DNA of 64,000 bases from a virus. The translations under genes and the position numbers were made by a program. Below are positions 8,820 through 17,593 of this stretch, in pieces (positions within the stretch are counted from its first letter, which is position 1; each line of letters starts with the position of its first letter). The stretch lies in IMG/VR virus record IMGVR_UViG_3300037307_000721, one strand, 5' to 3'. The notes under the pieces are model-generated. The model was not told where the DNA came from and made no database searches. It worked only from the letters and a program-made list of their open reading frames with translations.

Positions 8820-9487
8820 TCGACCTGTCCTGCCCGCTCTGCGGAGCCGAACCGGGCAAGGCCCAGCTCGCCTGCCCCTGTTGCAAGCGCCCGCTGGACC
8901 CCGAGTGGGAACCGGATCTCGCCATGCTCAGCGTGGAGAAGGTCCACTGCCAGGCATGCCGGGCCACGTTCCCGAGCTACCTCATGGGCTCCGAGGAGCG
9001 CGCCATCGTCGAGGGCGTGCGCAAGGCGCTCAAGGACCAGGACGAGGGACGGAACGCGGGCTGCTGGCCGCTCGTGTCGTTCGGCTGGAAGGATGCTGAC
9101 CTGGATGCCGAGGGCTGCACGGGGATCAAGGCCATCATTGGCGCCAAGGAGGACCGACTCATCCTGGCCATCGGCGGGCACAAGACCTTCGTCGCCTCGG
9201 ACTGCCTCGATACCGACGACGAGGAGAAGCGTGCGGCCTTCGACGAGGCCATGAGAGAGATCGTCTGCTCGACGGGCTACCCCTCGGAGTGGACCGGCGA
9301 CGACTGGTGCTCGTCCTGGTCCGGCTTCGTGGCGCTGCCCATCGTCATGAAGGACGGCAAGCCGGACTTCGAGGCCACCGCGACGCGCATCATCTCCGAC
9401 TCCGAGCAAGCCTGCCGGGCCTTCGAGGAGGCCATGGCGCACGCCAGCGAGGCGGCGAATGAGCTCTACGAGGAGATGAGCAAGTAG
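8816..9487 (+). CDS. hypothetical protein with N-terminal Cys clusters
   Basis: CPLC, CPCC and CQAC motifs; GAGGAG SD. Confidence 0.75.
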   Translation: MIDLSCPLCGAEPGKAQLACPCCKRPLDPEWEPDLAMLSVEKVHCQACRATFPSYLMGSEERAIVEGVRKALKDQDEGRNAGCWPLVSFGWKDADLDAEGCTGIKAIIGAKEDRLILAIGGHKTFVASDCLDTDDEEKRAAFDEAMREIVCSTGYPSEWTGDDWCSSWSGFVALPIVMKDGKPDFEATATRIISDSEQACRAFEEAMAHASEAANELYEEMSK

Positions 9488-9516
9488 TATGATCGGCCTC
9501 GACAAGGAGGCTCATC

Positions 9517-9912
9517 ATGCTTTGGTGGCTCATCGGACTCGCGGTGGTTGGCGCACCGCTGACCCTGATACTGCACGAGCTGGCGCACTGCATCACCGTG
9601 TGGATGGCGCACGGGTGGATCACGAGCTTCAAGCCGTGGCCGCACAAGGTCGATGGACGATTCTACTTCGGCCGAATGACCTACTCGGGCTGCGCGCCCA
9701 ACGAGCGGGCGTTCACGATCGCACCGCTTCTCAAGGCGATCTCGCTGGCCGGCCTATGGACGATTCTGGGCCTGATCTTCTGGCCCCTGTTCGTCCTGAC
9801 CGGCTGGGAGCTCACGGACATCATCAACTGGGTGCAGGGCTACATCCGTAGCAGCCCCAACGACGGCGGGCGCTTCCGCCGCGCAGGAGCTGCCAGCCCT
9901 CGGATTGCATGA
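9517..9912 (+). CDS. membrane metalloprotease, M50-like
   Basis: hydrophobic helices, HELAH (HExxH) and a distal PNDG third-ligand motif; AAGGAGG SD. Confidence 0.6.
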   Translation: MLWWLIGLAVVGAPLTLILHELAHCITVWMAHGWITSFKPWPHKVDGRFYFGRMTYSGCAPNERAFTIAPLLKAISLAGLWTILGLIFWPLFVLTGWELTDIINWVQGYIRSSPNDGGRFRRAGAASPRIA

Positions 9913-11126
9913 CCAAGACACCGATCATCAAGCTCATCAAGATCCCAGAGCTCAGCTACCCATGGACGGGCGAAAGCTTGCGCCTCATCCGGTTCCCGGA
10001 TGCGCGCCCACTCCGAGAGAAGCCGCTCGACCGCTTCTTCCGGCTGCAAGGCTTCCTCATGTGGGCGGCGAACAAGGCCGACGACCCGCGCGACCGCTCG
10101 GTCTACAGCCAGCTCTGGAGCCTGGCCCGGGACGCTCGCATCTTCGAGATCCCGTCCGAGCTCTACATGGCCCTCTACACGCAGGCCGAACGGCACACGT
10201 GCCGGCTGTTCTGCGGGCAGCCTGATCTGCCGGACAAGTCCTCTCGCGAGGACATCCAGATGTACAGCGACAAGCTGGCCTCGCTCTCGATGGGCATGAA
10301 CCTGCCGGAGCAGCTGCCATTCCAGATCTTCTACTTCGGCTACACCGTGCCCATGGTCGTGCCGCAGGCACTCGAGATGGTCTACCACCTCGACACGGCC
10401 GAGCGAAAGCCGTACACTCGCGAGAATGACGAGCCCGCACTTCTGTGCGGCCACCTCTTCATCCCGGGCGGCGAGGTCTGGGGCCTGTTCGTCTCGATCA
10501 AGCTGAAGGACCTCGAGGACAAGGGCAGCTACTCGGTCACGCCGCAGCTCATGAACCATCGCTGGTACCACCCGGTGTCCATGCAACCCTGGGTGTTGCC
10601 AGCCCTCGTCGAGTGGATCAACGAACACAAGACCGTGGTCGAGGAGGTGCGTGGACGATTCAGCCACCGGCGAACGACACAGAAGTTTGCCAAGCAGATG
10701 AAGGTGCCCAAGCTGGCGCCGCCTCCGTACTACGCGGTCTACCTGAAGAACCTGGTCATCGAGGAGACGGCGAAGCAGGCCATGGCCTCGGCGGTCAGGA
10801 AACACATCGACTGGCAACACCGGTGGACGGTGCGAGGGCACTTCATGGTTCGCGTCAAGCGCGGCCCACTGCCACTCGATCCGAAACTCGAGGCCGAGCT
10901 GCGCAAGCGCAAGTACCGCATCTACACCCTGGAGAAGCTCGACGCCGAGACCTCGGCAATGCTCCAGTCACGCGGCGTCAAGAACAAGTCGCTCACCGAG
11001 TGGATGGCCGTGCTCGTGTCCTGGCGCAAGGATCACGTCAAGGGACCCGAGGACAAGCCGCTCATCCCCTCGGTGCGAAAGGTCAAGGAAGGCGAATGCA
11101 CCGGACCAAGAATGGACGAGCCGTAG
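9909..11126 (+). CDS. conserved phage protein with C-terminal HRWxVRGH motif
   Basis: 405-aa GC3-biased ORF; DWQHRWTVRGHF. Confidence 0.75.
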   Translation: MTKTPIIKLIKIPELSYPWTGESLRLIRFPDARPLREKPLDRFFRLQGFLMWAANKADDPRDRSVYSQLWSLARDARIFEIPSELYMALYTQAERHTCRLFCGQPDLPDKSSREDIQMYSDKLASLSMGMNLPEQLPFQIFYFGYTVPMVVPQALEMVYHLDTAERKPYTRENDEPALLCGHLFIPGGEVWGLFVSIKLKDLEDKGSYSVTPQLMNHRWYHPVSMQPWVLPALVEWINEHKTVVEEVRGRFSHRRTTQKFAKQMKVPKLAPPPYYAVYLKNLVIEETAKQAMASAVRKHIDWQHRWTVRGHFMVRVKRGPLPLDPKLEAELRKRKYRIYTLEKLDAETSAMLQSRGVKNKSLTEWMAVLVSWRKDHVKGPEDKPLIPSVRKVKEGECTGPRMDEP

Positions 11127-11671
11127 TCCGCATCCAGGGCCACGGGCGCATGCAGGCAACTCCCTACCTGCGCAAGTGGTTCCCAAGACTGCCGCAGGTG
11201 GAGCCCGACCTGCGCCTGGCGGTGGACCTCGGCTGCGGCAACGGGCGCAACTCGGAGTACCTCAGAGCGCGCGGCTACGACGTGCACTCCTACGACCTGG
11301 AGCCGGACTACGCCCACGCGCAGCCCTGGAGGGCCGGCCAGCGCCTGCCCTACTCGAACGAGTTCGTGAGCCTGGTCCTCTGCCAGTACGTGCTCATGTT
11401 CCTCACGGATGTTGAGATCGCCTGCACGCTGAACGAGCTCAATCGCATCGTGCGCCCCGAGGGGCACATCATCATCGAGCTCCAGAGCGGTGTCTGCGCG
11501 AGTAGGACCGTCAACCTCGACCGAGTGCTGGGCTACCTCGCCGGCGCCGGGGCATGGAATCAGAACGGGTGCGAGTGGGCCACGGTGCACTTCGCGAAGG
11601 AGTGCTGCATCCTCGAAAAAAGGAGCCTGATTCAAGACGGGATAGACTTGATCGTGTCCGATCGCGTATAA
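11096..11671 (+). CDS. class I SAM-dependent methyltransferase (small-molecule type)
   Basis: VDLGCGNGRN motif I, later LCQYVLMFL and RIVRPEG; AAGGAAGG SD before ATG 11096. Confidence 0.85.
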   Translation: MHRTKNGRAVVRIQGHGRMQATPYLRKWFPRLPQVEPDLRLAVDLGCGNGRNSEYLRARGYDVHSYDLEPDYAHAQPWRAGQRLPYSNEFVSLVLCQYVLMFLTDVEIACTLNELNRIVRPEGHIIIELQSGVCASRTVNLDRVLGYLAGAGAWNQNGCEWATVHFAKECCILEKRSLIQDGIDLIVSDRV

Positions 11672-11672
11672 T
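11643..11672 (+). promoter_or_regulatory. sigma70-type promoter
   Basis: TAGACT-N18-TATAAT, then a GGGAGG SD before ATG 11693. Confidence 0.65.
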
Positions 11673-11692
11673 CAGCTCCGGGAGGTACTTCC

Positions 11693-12085
11693 ATGGCCCA
11701 CACCGAAGTGACCGTCACCGAGCTGACCTACAACGGTCGGACGATTGGTGTTGCAACTACCACGATCAGCCGTCTGGGGCAAGATTCACCGGACGAAGAC
11801 GACCAGGTTGCCGTGCAGGTCGAGCTGGCTCTACCGGAGGCGAGCGAGAACGCGCCGCAGACGCTGCACCCCGAGCTCCAGTTCGGGGAGCGCGTCGAGG
11901 TGTTCGGCAGCGACTTGACCGCGAACTGGAGCTCCATCTCCGGGCGCGTGGCGCGCACCCAGGACTACAAGGGCACGGACTACACCACGCTCTTCGCGAC
12001 GGCGTCGGCCTACGCCAGCACGGAGCTCGCCAAGCTCACGGATGCGCTCGCCGCACGGGAGGCCGCCCTTGTTGCAGCAGGTTGA
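11693..12085 (+). CDS. hypothetical protein with its own promoter and terminator
   Basis: SD; ORF flanked by promoter and hairpin. Confidence 0.75.
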   Translation: MAHTEVTVTELTYNGRTIGVATTTISRLGQDSPDEDDQVAVQVELALPEASENAPQTLHPELQFGERVEVFGSDLTANWSSISGRVARTQDYKGTDYTTLFATASAYASTELAKLTDALAAREAALVAAG

Positions 12086-12086
12086 C

Positions 12087-12365
12087 ATGGCCGGGGAGCG
12101 CCCCGGCCTCTTCCTGCTCTACGATGGATTCTGGGATCCGGGGGAGGCCGTCAAGCATCGCAATCTGGGGTGCCCGCTCTACGACGAGTGCCTGAACGCT
12201 GCATTGGCCGCCAGCAAGGAAGCGGCCGGCAAGCGGCGGAGCCGGCACTCGTGGAAACTGGAGAACTCGGGACGGACCTGGATATGCGACCCGAAGTGCC
12301 CGCACCGCGGAGCGCGTGATAACTACGCAATCGAGATCCTGAAGAGCTCGCATCGCGACGAGTAG
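12087..12365 (+). CDS. small Cys-rich protein
   Basis: CPLYDECL...WICDPKCP. Confidence 0.6.
   Translation: MAGERPGLFLLYDGFWDPGEAVKHRNLGCPLYDECLNAALAASKEAAGKRRSRHSWKLENSGRTWICDPKCPHRGARDNYAIEILKSSHRDE
12089..12115 (+). terminator. putative intrinsic terminator
   Basis: perfect 8-bp stem GGCCGGGG-AGCG-CCCCGGCC, then TCTTCCT. Confidence 0.5.
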
Positions 12366-12378
12366 GAAGGGAGCTGGT

Positions 12379-12906
12379 ATGCCGAAGGTCGTGCTGCCAG
12401 AGCGGCAGCGCCTGGCACTGCTCTACCTGCTCGAGCACCCCGACGATGACGTGCTCATCGACGACATCGCTCGAGTCATTCGGGACACCAAGCCGCTAGC
12501 GCGGACCGCCATGCGAGCCCTGGTCGAAAAAGGCCTGGCGCGCGAGACCAAGTTCAAGGGCATGGTGCACAGCTTCCATGCGCCGCACATGAGCCCGCAC
12601 AAGTCCTATCGCCCCACGGCGAAGGCGAAACGCAGTCAGATCGAGACGGCTGCGACCGTCTCGGGAAAGGAACGTACGATGCCAACGAAGGCTCCGCGGC
12701 ACAGGACCGCGGCGAGCAGAAACGCCGCGGTCGAGACCGCGCTCCTGGAGTTCGTGGATGCCATCGAATCCACGGGAGGCGTGATGCGCAACCCAACCTG
12801 GTCCGGACACTTCGTGCCCAAAGCCGACGAGGACTGGATCGACCTGGGCGAAGCGTACATGGGGGCCTGCAAGGCCCTCGACAGAAAGCCGAAGGTGGAA
12901 GCATGA
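12379..12906 (+). CDS. winged-helix protein fused to a second module
   Basis: N-terminal wHTH-like pattern (IDDIARVI...RALVEKGL); internal SD+ATG at 12679. Confidence 0.65.
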   Translation: MPKVVLPERQRLALLYLLEHPDDDVLIDDIARVIRDTKPLARTAMRALVEKGLARETKFKGMVHSFHAPHMSPHKSYRPTAKAKRSQIETAATVSGKERTMPTKAPRHRTAASRNAAVETALLEFVDAIESTGGVMRNPTWSGHFVPKADEDWIDLGEAYMGACKALDRKPKVEA

Positions 12907-13301
12907 AGTTCGAAGTCACCTGGAAACGAGACATCGTGGCGGAGTACGCCGCGGACGCAGCGGCGCAGGCGGTGCAGCGCCTGAACGGCGAGGACCCCGA
13001 GGACTTCGTGTTCCTCGTCAAGCCGAAGAAGCAGGGCGCGCACCGGGTCAAGGTCACGGTGGACCCGAAGCGCAAGACCGAGCAGGCGAAAGCCGACGTC
13101 GAGCCCGACAAGATCCTCGAGGACATCTTCCAGGCGGCCAAGGCGCACGGCGAGGAGAGTGAGCCCGAGCACGAGGTGGGCGACCTCCAGGAGGCGCTGT
13201 CGATCGCCTGGGCCAAGCTGAGCCCCGAGGCCAAGCGCGAGGTCCACGCGGAACTCGCCAACGGAACGATCTTCACCTGGATGGAGATCGACGAGGAGTA
13301 G
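12903..13301 (+). CDS. hypothetical protein
   Basis: ATGA coupling. Confidence 0.7.
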   Translation: MKFEVTWKRDIVAEYAADAAAQAVQRLNGEDPEDFVFLVKPKKQGAHRVKVTVDPKRKTEQAKADVEPDKILEDIFQAAKAHGEESEPEHEVGDLQEALSIAWAKLSPEAKREVHAELANGTIFTWMEIDEE

Positions 13302-13655
13302 ATGGCCAAGGACAAGGGACCCATCAAGGCCGTGCCATCGTTCGGCTTCCTGCCGCGCGATGGGCACGAGAAACTATACAAGCTCGAGGAGCGCGCGCAC
13401 GAGATGCTCTCGGCGGTGGCCACGCATCGCAAGGACGCCTACGCCGAGGACTATTGGAACTGCGCCGTCCCCGAGGTCCTTCACAACGTGCTGGACATGT
13501 ACCAACCGAGCTCGGTGAAGCCGGCCGTCCTGCAGTGGATCCGGCGCGAGCTCGACCCCATACTCCAGCGCTTCTCCGAGCACCCCGATTGGGAGCTGCT
13601 CGACGAGCTCAAGATGATCGTCGCCGACATCGAGAGTCGGTTCGAAAGGAAGTAG
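13302..13655 (+). CDS. hypothetical protein
   Basis: GAGGAG SD; abuts the previous stop. Confidence 0.7.
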   Translation: MAKDKGPIKAVPSFGFLPRDGHEKLYKLEERAHEMLSAVATHRKDAYAEDYWNCAVPEVLHNVLDMYQPSSVKPAVLQWIRRELDPILQRFSEHPDWELLDELKMIVADIESRFERK

Positions 13656-13657
13656 CC

Positions 13658-14032
13658 ATGTCGCTCAACTACGACCTGACCAAGATCAAGGACTTCAAGC
13701 AGCTCTACGTCTGCGAGGAGAACGAGCAGGAGGAGACCCAGCTCGACTCCACGACCGAGCGCATCATCTTCCTCGCCATGGAAGTCGACCTCGGGGAGAT
13801 CACCGAGAAGAACGTGGACGAGTGGCTCGTGCGCCTCGAGATGATGCGCATGGTGGGCTGGGCACCCAGGACGCCCATCACCCGCGCCGACATCGAGCGC
13901 CACATCGGGCTGCGCACCAACGTCGCGCCGAAGTCGCGCTCTCAGTACAAGACCAAGCTCGCCAAGCACATCGAGCGCGAGGCCGAGGACGCGGTGAAGC
14001 GTGCCAAGCGAAACACCGCCCAAGCCGCCTAG
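13658..14032 (+). CDS. hypothetical phage protein
   Basis: AAGGAAG SD; GC3 bias. Confidence 0.75.
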   Translation: MSLNYDLTKIKDFKQLYVCEENEQEETQLDSTTERIIFLAMEVDLGEITEKNVDEWLVRLEMMRMVGWAPRTPITRADIERHIGLRTNVAPKSRSQYKTKLAKHIEREAEDAVKRAKRNTAQAA

Positions 14033-14387
14033 CTTCACCTGCCCGCGCTGCGGCACGGTCTCGTACCACCCGAAAGACGTCATCTACGGCTACTGTGGCG
14101 CGTGCCACGACTTCACGCGGATGCAGATCGTCGACTATCTGGACATCGAAACGTCGCAACTCGGCTTCCGCCGACGTGAGGACTGGCCGGAGCTGCGCAA
14201 GTCGATGGAGGAAATCTCCGAGATCATCCGCCAGTCGGGAGCTATCGTCATGCTCCACGGGCACAACCTGTTTCGCTCGGTGCACGGCTACGAACCGCCG
14301 GCGGACCACCGCTTCTCGCTCGCCGAAATCGACGAGCTCTGCAAGCGATACCTCGAGATGCACAAGGACAAGAAGGAGAAGCCATGA
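14001..14387 (+). CDS. hypothetical protein with N-terminal zinc ribbon
   Basis: CPRCG...YCGACH; start uncertain. Confidence 0.6.
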   Translation: MPSETPPKPPSFTCPRCGTVSYHPKDVIYGYCGACHDFTRMQIVDYLDIETSQLGFRRREDWPELRKSMEEISEIIRQSGAIVMLHGHNLFRSVHGYEPPADHRFSLAEIDELCKRYLEMHKDKKEKP

Positions 14388-14815
14388 GCGGTGAGAACAT
14401 GAACGTGGCGGAGCTCTATCGCCAGCTCTGCCTCGCCGCGAACGAGTACAGCTCGTTCCGCTGCAACATGGTGAGCTCGCCTGTGGTGACCCCACAGCAG
14501 ATCGAGCTCGCCATCAAGAAGGCCGACCGCGTGGTCGCCTTCCTGCGCATGCTCCAGGCCCGGCAGAAGCTCGAGGCCGCCAGCGTGCCCGAGGTCGCGG
14601 CGCCGCCCCAGCCCGCGCCGCCCGCGCCGCCGCCGGTCGCTCCGGTCTACCCGGACGGCACGGTGCTCGGCATTGGCAAGGACGGCCTGCCTCCGGGCGC
14701 GCCGCCCTGCTCGGCCTGGGAGTGCTCCGGCTGCCACGAGATCCTCTGGGTCATCGGCGCCACGCGCCCGGTGCGCTGCCCCTGCTGCGGGGTGGCCTTC
14801 CAGTTCCCAGGCTGA
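14384..14815 (+). CDS. hypothetical protein with Pro linker and C-terminal zinc ribbon
   Basis: CSGC...CPCCG. Confidence 0.7.
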   Translation: MSGENMNVAELYRQLCLAANEYSSFRCNMVSSPVVTPQQIELAIKKADRVVAFLRMLQARQKLEAASVPEVAAPPQPAPPAPPPVAPVYPDGTVLGIGKDGLPPGAPPCSAWECSGCHEILWVIGATRPVRCPCCGVAFQFPG

Positions 14816-14818
14816 ACC

Positions 14819-15178
14819 ATGCACCAGATCAAGGTGCCGGCCACCTGGACCGACGACTGCCAGGGCAAGAAGGACTACGACGGGGAGCTCATCGCCATCT
14901 CCACCAGGTACTGGCCGCGGGGCGGAGGCTACTCGATGTTCGACTCGAGCAGCCGTGCCTGGGAGGAGAACGAGGACAGGCCCGGGATCGGCCCACACGC
15001 GCACACCGCCATCCTGGTCCGTGGTCCCGAGGACGAGTACTACGAGCTCGTCTCGGCCGAGTTCCACGGCGAGACCTTCGAGGAGGTCGCAAAACAGGTG
15101 GAGGCCTGGGCGCAGAAGACGTACAACCGCATCATCAAGCTACTCGTCGGCGAGTTCGGCGAGCTGAAGGAGCCCTGA
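14819..15178 (+). CDS. conserved phage protein (WTDDCQGKKDYDG)
   Basis: GC3-biased ORF. Confidence 0.7.
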   Translation: MHQIKVPATWTDDCQGKKDYDGELIAISTRYWPRGGGYSMFDSSSRAWEENEDRPGIGPHAHTAILVRGPEDEYYELVSAEFHGETFEEVAKQVEAWAQKTYNRIIKLLVGEFGELKEP

Positions 15179-15573
15179 TGGACCCGATGAAGATGCTCCA
15201 GGCGATGGAGGCGAAGACGGCCGAGCGCCTGAAGGCCGAGTGCCAGCTGCCCGCCTTCATCCTCGCGTTCCTGCGCGTGCTCGAGGACAAGGGCGTGCTG
15301 ACCGGCGGCGACATCACGCGCATCTACAGCCTGTCCGAGACGGGCGCTGGGATGTTCTTCACCCTGTTCGAGTCGAGCATCCTCGCCGCCGATCTCACGG
15401 AGGGCGACCCCGAGGACGAGGCCAAGGGCAAGATGCTTGCGCTCAAGATCCTCGAGTCAGGGCGCTGGTTGCTCAAGCAGCCCATCGACCCGCGCATGCG
15501 GACTCAGCTCGAGGAGGCCCTGCGCGAGAGCGAGCTCGCCGCCGAGGAAGCCGCGAAGAACGAGGACGGCTGA
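15178..15573 (+). CDS. hypothetical protein
   Basis: TGATG coupling. Confidence 0.7.
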   Translation: MDPMKMLQAMEAKTAERLKAECQLPAFILAFLRVLEDKGVLTGGDITRIYSLSETGAGMFFTLFESSILAADLTEGDPEDEAKGKMLALKILESGRWLLKQPIDPRMRTQLEEALRESELAAEEAAKNEDG

Positions 15574-15923
15574 TGCGCGGCTACCGAGGGCAGAAGGGCA
15601 CGAGCTTCAACTTCAACTCGGACTTCTCTGGCGACCTCATCCTCGAGACCAGAGAGGAACCGGAGCTGCACGAGCTCGTCATCCCGAGCTCGTGCGGCAC
15701 GCCGCAGTACCGCTACTGGCGGGTCAAGGTACCGGCGTCGGACGTCTGGGAGCTCGTGCTGACTCGTCTGGCGCATCGCGCCGTGAGCATGCTGGAGGAC
15801 GACCATGGGCTCGTCGAGATCATCGCCGAAGCCGCCATCCGGTTCCTCGACCACTCCGGAGGCAAGCTCCTCCGGCGGCTCCTTCTCGTCCCAGACCATG
15901 TCCCGGATGCTGGAGATCGCTGA
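15573..15923 (+). CDS. hypothetical protein
   Basis: TGATG coupling. Confidence 0.65.
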   Translation: MRGYRGQKGTSFNFNSDFSGDLILETREEPELHELVIPSSCGTPQYRYWRVKVPASDVWELVLTRLAHRAVSMLEDDHGLVEIIAEAAIRFLDHSGGKLLRRLLLVPDHVPDAGDR

Positions 15924-16053
15924 GGACCTCTACGACGAGGACCAGTGCTCGTTGGGCCTGCGCCACTGGAAGCGCGAGGAGCTCGAGGACTACGTGCGCC
16001 GAGCGGCCGAGCTCGCCGAGCTTGTCCTCGAGCACTACACTGGGCCAAAGTGA
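15898..16053 (+). CDS. small hypothetical protein
   Basis: GC3-biased short ORF. Confidence 0.55.
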   Translation: MSRMLEIAEDLYDEDQCSLGLRHWKREELEDYVRRAAELAELVLEHYTGPK

Positions 16054-16102
16054 CTGGACAAGCACATGCCGATCTGTCTACCTGGTAGCCATAGGAGATC
16101 AG

Positions 16103-16363
16103 ATGCAGACGGCTTGTCCAAACTGTCACGAACGCGGCGGACTCCGAGTCGATTCGATTCTGGAGGAGGGACCACAGGTCTATGACAAACCCTACGTCAG
16201 ATGCGAGCTCTGCCACTGGATCGGAACGCTCCGAGAGCTTGTCGCCGGACGCTTACTCCGATCCGGTGCGCGAGTTCGAAGAGCGCTTGCCCTCCAAGGC
16301 CATCAGGCTGGAGCTCCAGGCCATCGAAACGATCCTCCTGGCCCTGCTCCCACTCGATCCTGA
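16103..16363 (+). CDS. zinc-ribbon protein (overlaps the next ORF)
   Basis: AGGAG SD; CPNC...CELC. Confidence 0.45.
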   Translation: MQTACPNCHERGGLRVDSILEEGPQVYDKPYVRCELCHWIGTLRELVAGRLLRSGARVRRALALQGHQAGAPGHRNDPPGPAPTRS

Positions 16364-16454
16364 GCAGAGCCGGCGCGCCATCCAGTACGCCATCGACTAC
16401 TACCACCTCGACGAGCGGAAGAAACGCCCGCTGGAAGAGGCGGTTAGAAGATGA
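16182..16454 (+). CDS. hypothetical protein
   Basis: GC3-biased 3' half. Confidence 0.55.
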   Translation: MTNPTSDASSATGSERSESLSPDAYSDPVREFEERLPSKAIRLELQAIETILLALLPLDPEQSRRAIQYAIDYYHLDERKKRPLEEAVRR

Positions 16455-16457
16455 TTC

Positions 16458-16523
16458 TTGACGAGCCCTCCGCACCCACGTAGCCTGGATGGCGGGTGGG
16501 CGGGACGAACAGATTGGTATGCT
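16458..16523 (+). promoter_or_regulatory. G-tract promoter element, copy A
   Basis: TTGACG-N17-TAGCCT-GGATGGC-GGGTGGGCGGG-...ATTGGTATGCT-ATG. Confidence 0.75.
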
Positions 16524-16784
16524 ATGCCCTCTGAGCCGCTGAAGCAGATCTACCTGGCCGAGCTGCGTCGGGGCAGAAGCGACCGCGCCGTCCTGGCGAA
16601 GGGCGCCTTCGACACCGCGATAGGGCTCGGCCATGAAGTCCTGTGCATCGTGTGCGGAGGCCTGATTCGCTCGCTGGACGGGTCGTTCTTCCTGTTCCTC
16701 GAGCACCCCAAGAAGGGAGAGCTGGTGGCCATGGCCTGCAGCGACATCTGCCTGCGGCGGGCCAGGGCCCACGGCATCCCATGA
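16524..16784 (+). CDS. treble-clef-like zinc-finger protein
   Basis: CIVCGG...MACSDICLRRA; ATG directly after element A. Confidence 0.65.
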   Translation: MPSEPLKQIYLAELRRGRSDRAVLAKGAFDTAIGLGHEVLCIVCGGLIRSLDGSFFLFLEHPKKGELVAMACSDICLRRARAHGIP

Positions 16785-17287
16785 GGTACAGCATGAAGCG
16801 AAAGCCAAGCATGAACAGCCTGGGCGCCGCGCTCCAGGGCTTCGGCGACCCGGAGGTTCCGGGCTCCGAGGAGCTCCGGCAGCTCATCATGAATTGCGTC
16901 ACGGCCGCCAACGGAGGCGACGAGAACGACTACCGCGTGGCCGAGATCATCGAGGGCCTCCTCGAGTCCTACCTGGCAGCCTGCGCCATGGAGGATGACG
17001 AGGACGAGGACGAGCTCAACACCCTGGACTTCGCCGAGGCCGAGCGCCTGTTCCTCGCCAGCTACGCGACCGCCTACGCGCAGTCGACCGGCCAGCGTCC
17101 CGAACAGGTCGAGTCGGGCGGATGGCCCGAGTTCCTGCCCGAGAGCGGAAGGTACACCCGAGAGCTCGTCATCGACCTGGGGCGACTCGTGGGCTTCCTC
17201 GACGTGCAGCGCTTCCGTGCGCTGCAGAGCTTCTTCATCGACGAGGAGCGCCGCAAGGCCAGGATGCAGCAACTCAGCGCGGAGTGA
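16781..17287 (+). CDS. hypothetical acidic protein
   Basis: ATGA coupling. Confidence 0.7.
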   Translation: MRYSMKRKPSMNSLGAALQGFGDPEVPGSEELRQLIMNCVTAANGGDENDYRVAEIIEGLLESYLAACAMEDDEDEDELNTLDFAEAERLFLASYATAYAQSTGQRPEQVESGGWPEFLPESGRYTRELVIDLGRLVGFLDVQRFRALQSFFIDEERRKARMQQLSAE

Positions 17288-17293
17288 TCGAAG

Positions 17294-17593
17294 ATGGCCG
17301 AGCCAGAGCTCGCCGACGTCTACTACGTGGAGGAAGCCGGCGAGCTCAAGCTCGAACACTGCGACCTCTTTGTCTGCCTGCACTTCTCTCGCACGCTCAG
17401 CACCAAAGCCAAGGTCAAGCGCAGGTCGGACGACAAGCTCCTCGCCTACAGGATGAAGGACGCCCTGTCGACGAGCGAGCTCGAGGAAGAAAGCTTTGCC
17501 AAGCCTGGCCGAGGGCGACCGCCCAAGAACAAGGAAGCGGAGCTGGCGCTGGATTCTGATCCTGCCCCTGCTCTTCTGCTCGACGACCTGTAG
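17294..17593 (+). CDS. hypothetical protein with AT-hook-like motif
   Basis: KPGRGRPPK. Confidence 0.6.
   Translation: MAEPELADVYYVEEAGELKLEHCDLFVCLHFSRTLSTKAKVKRRSDDKLLAYRMKDALSTSELEEESFAKPGRGRPPKNKEAELALDSDPAPALLLDDL

Noticed and set aside
12082-12087. TTGACA -35 box
   Set aside because: No -10 element at 16-18 nt; it is the stop/start junction TGAcATG.
14601-14640. GC-rich short repeats here and in the Pro/Gln tails at 28560-28700 and 38830-39090
   Set aside because: Explained by Pro/Ala/Gln low-complexity coding, not independent DNA elements.
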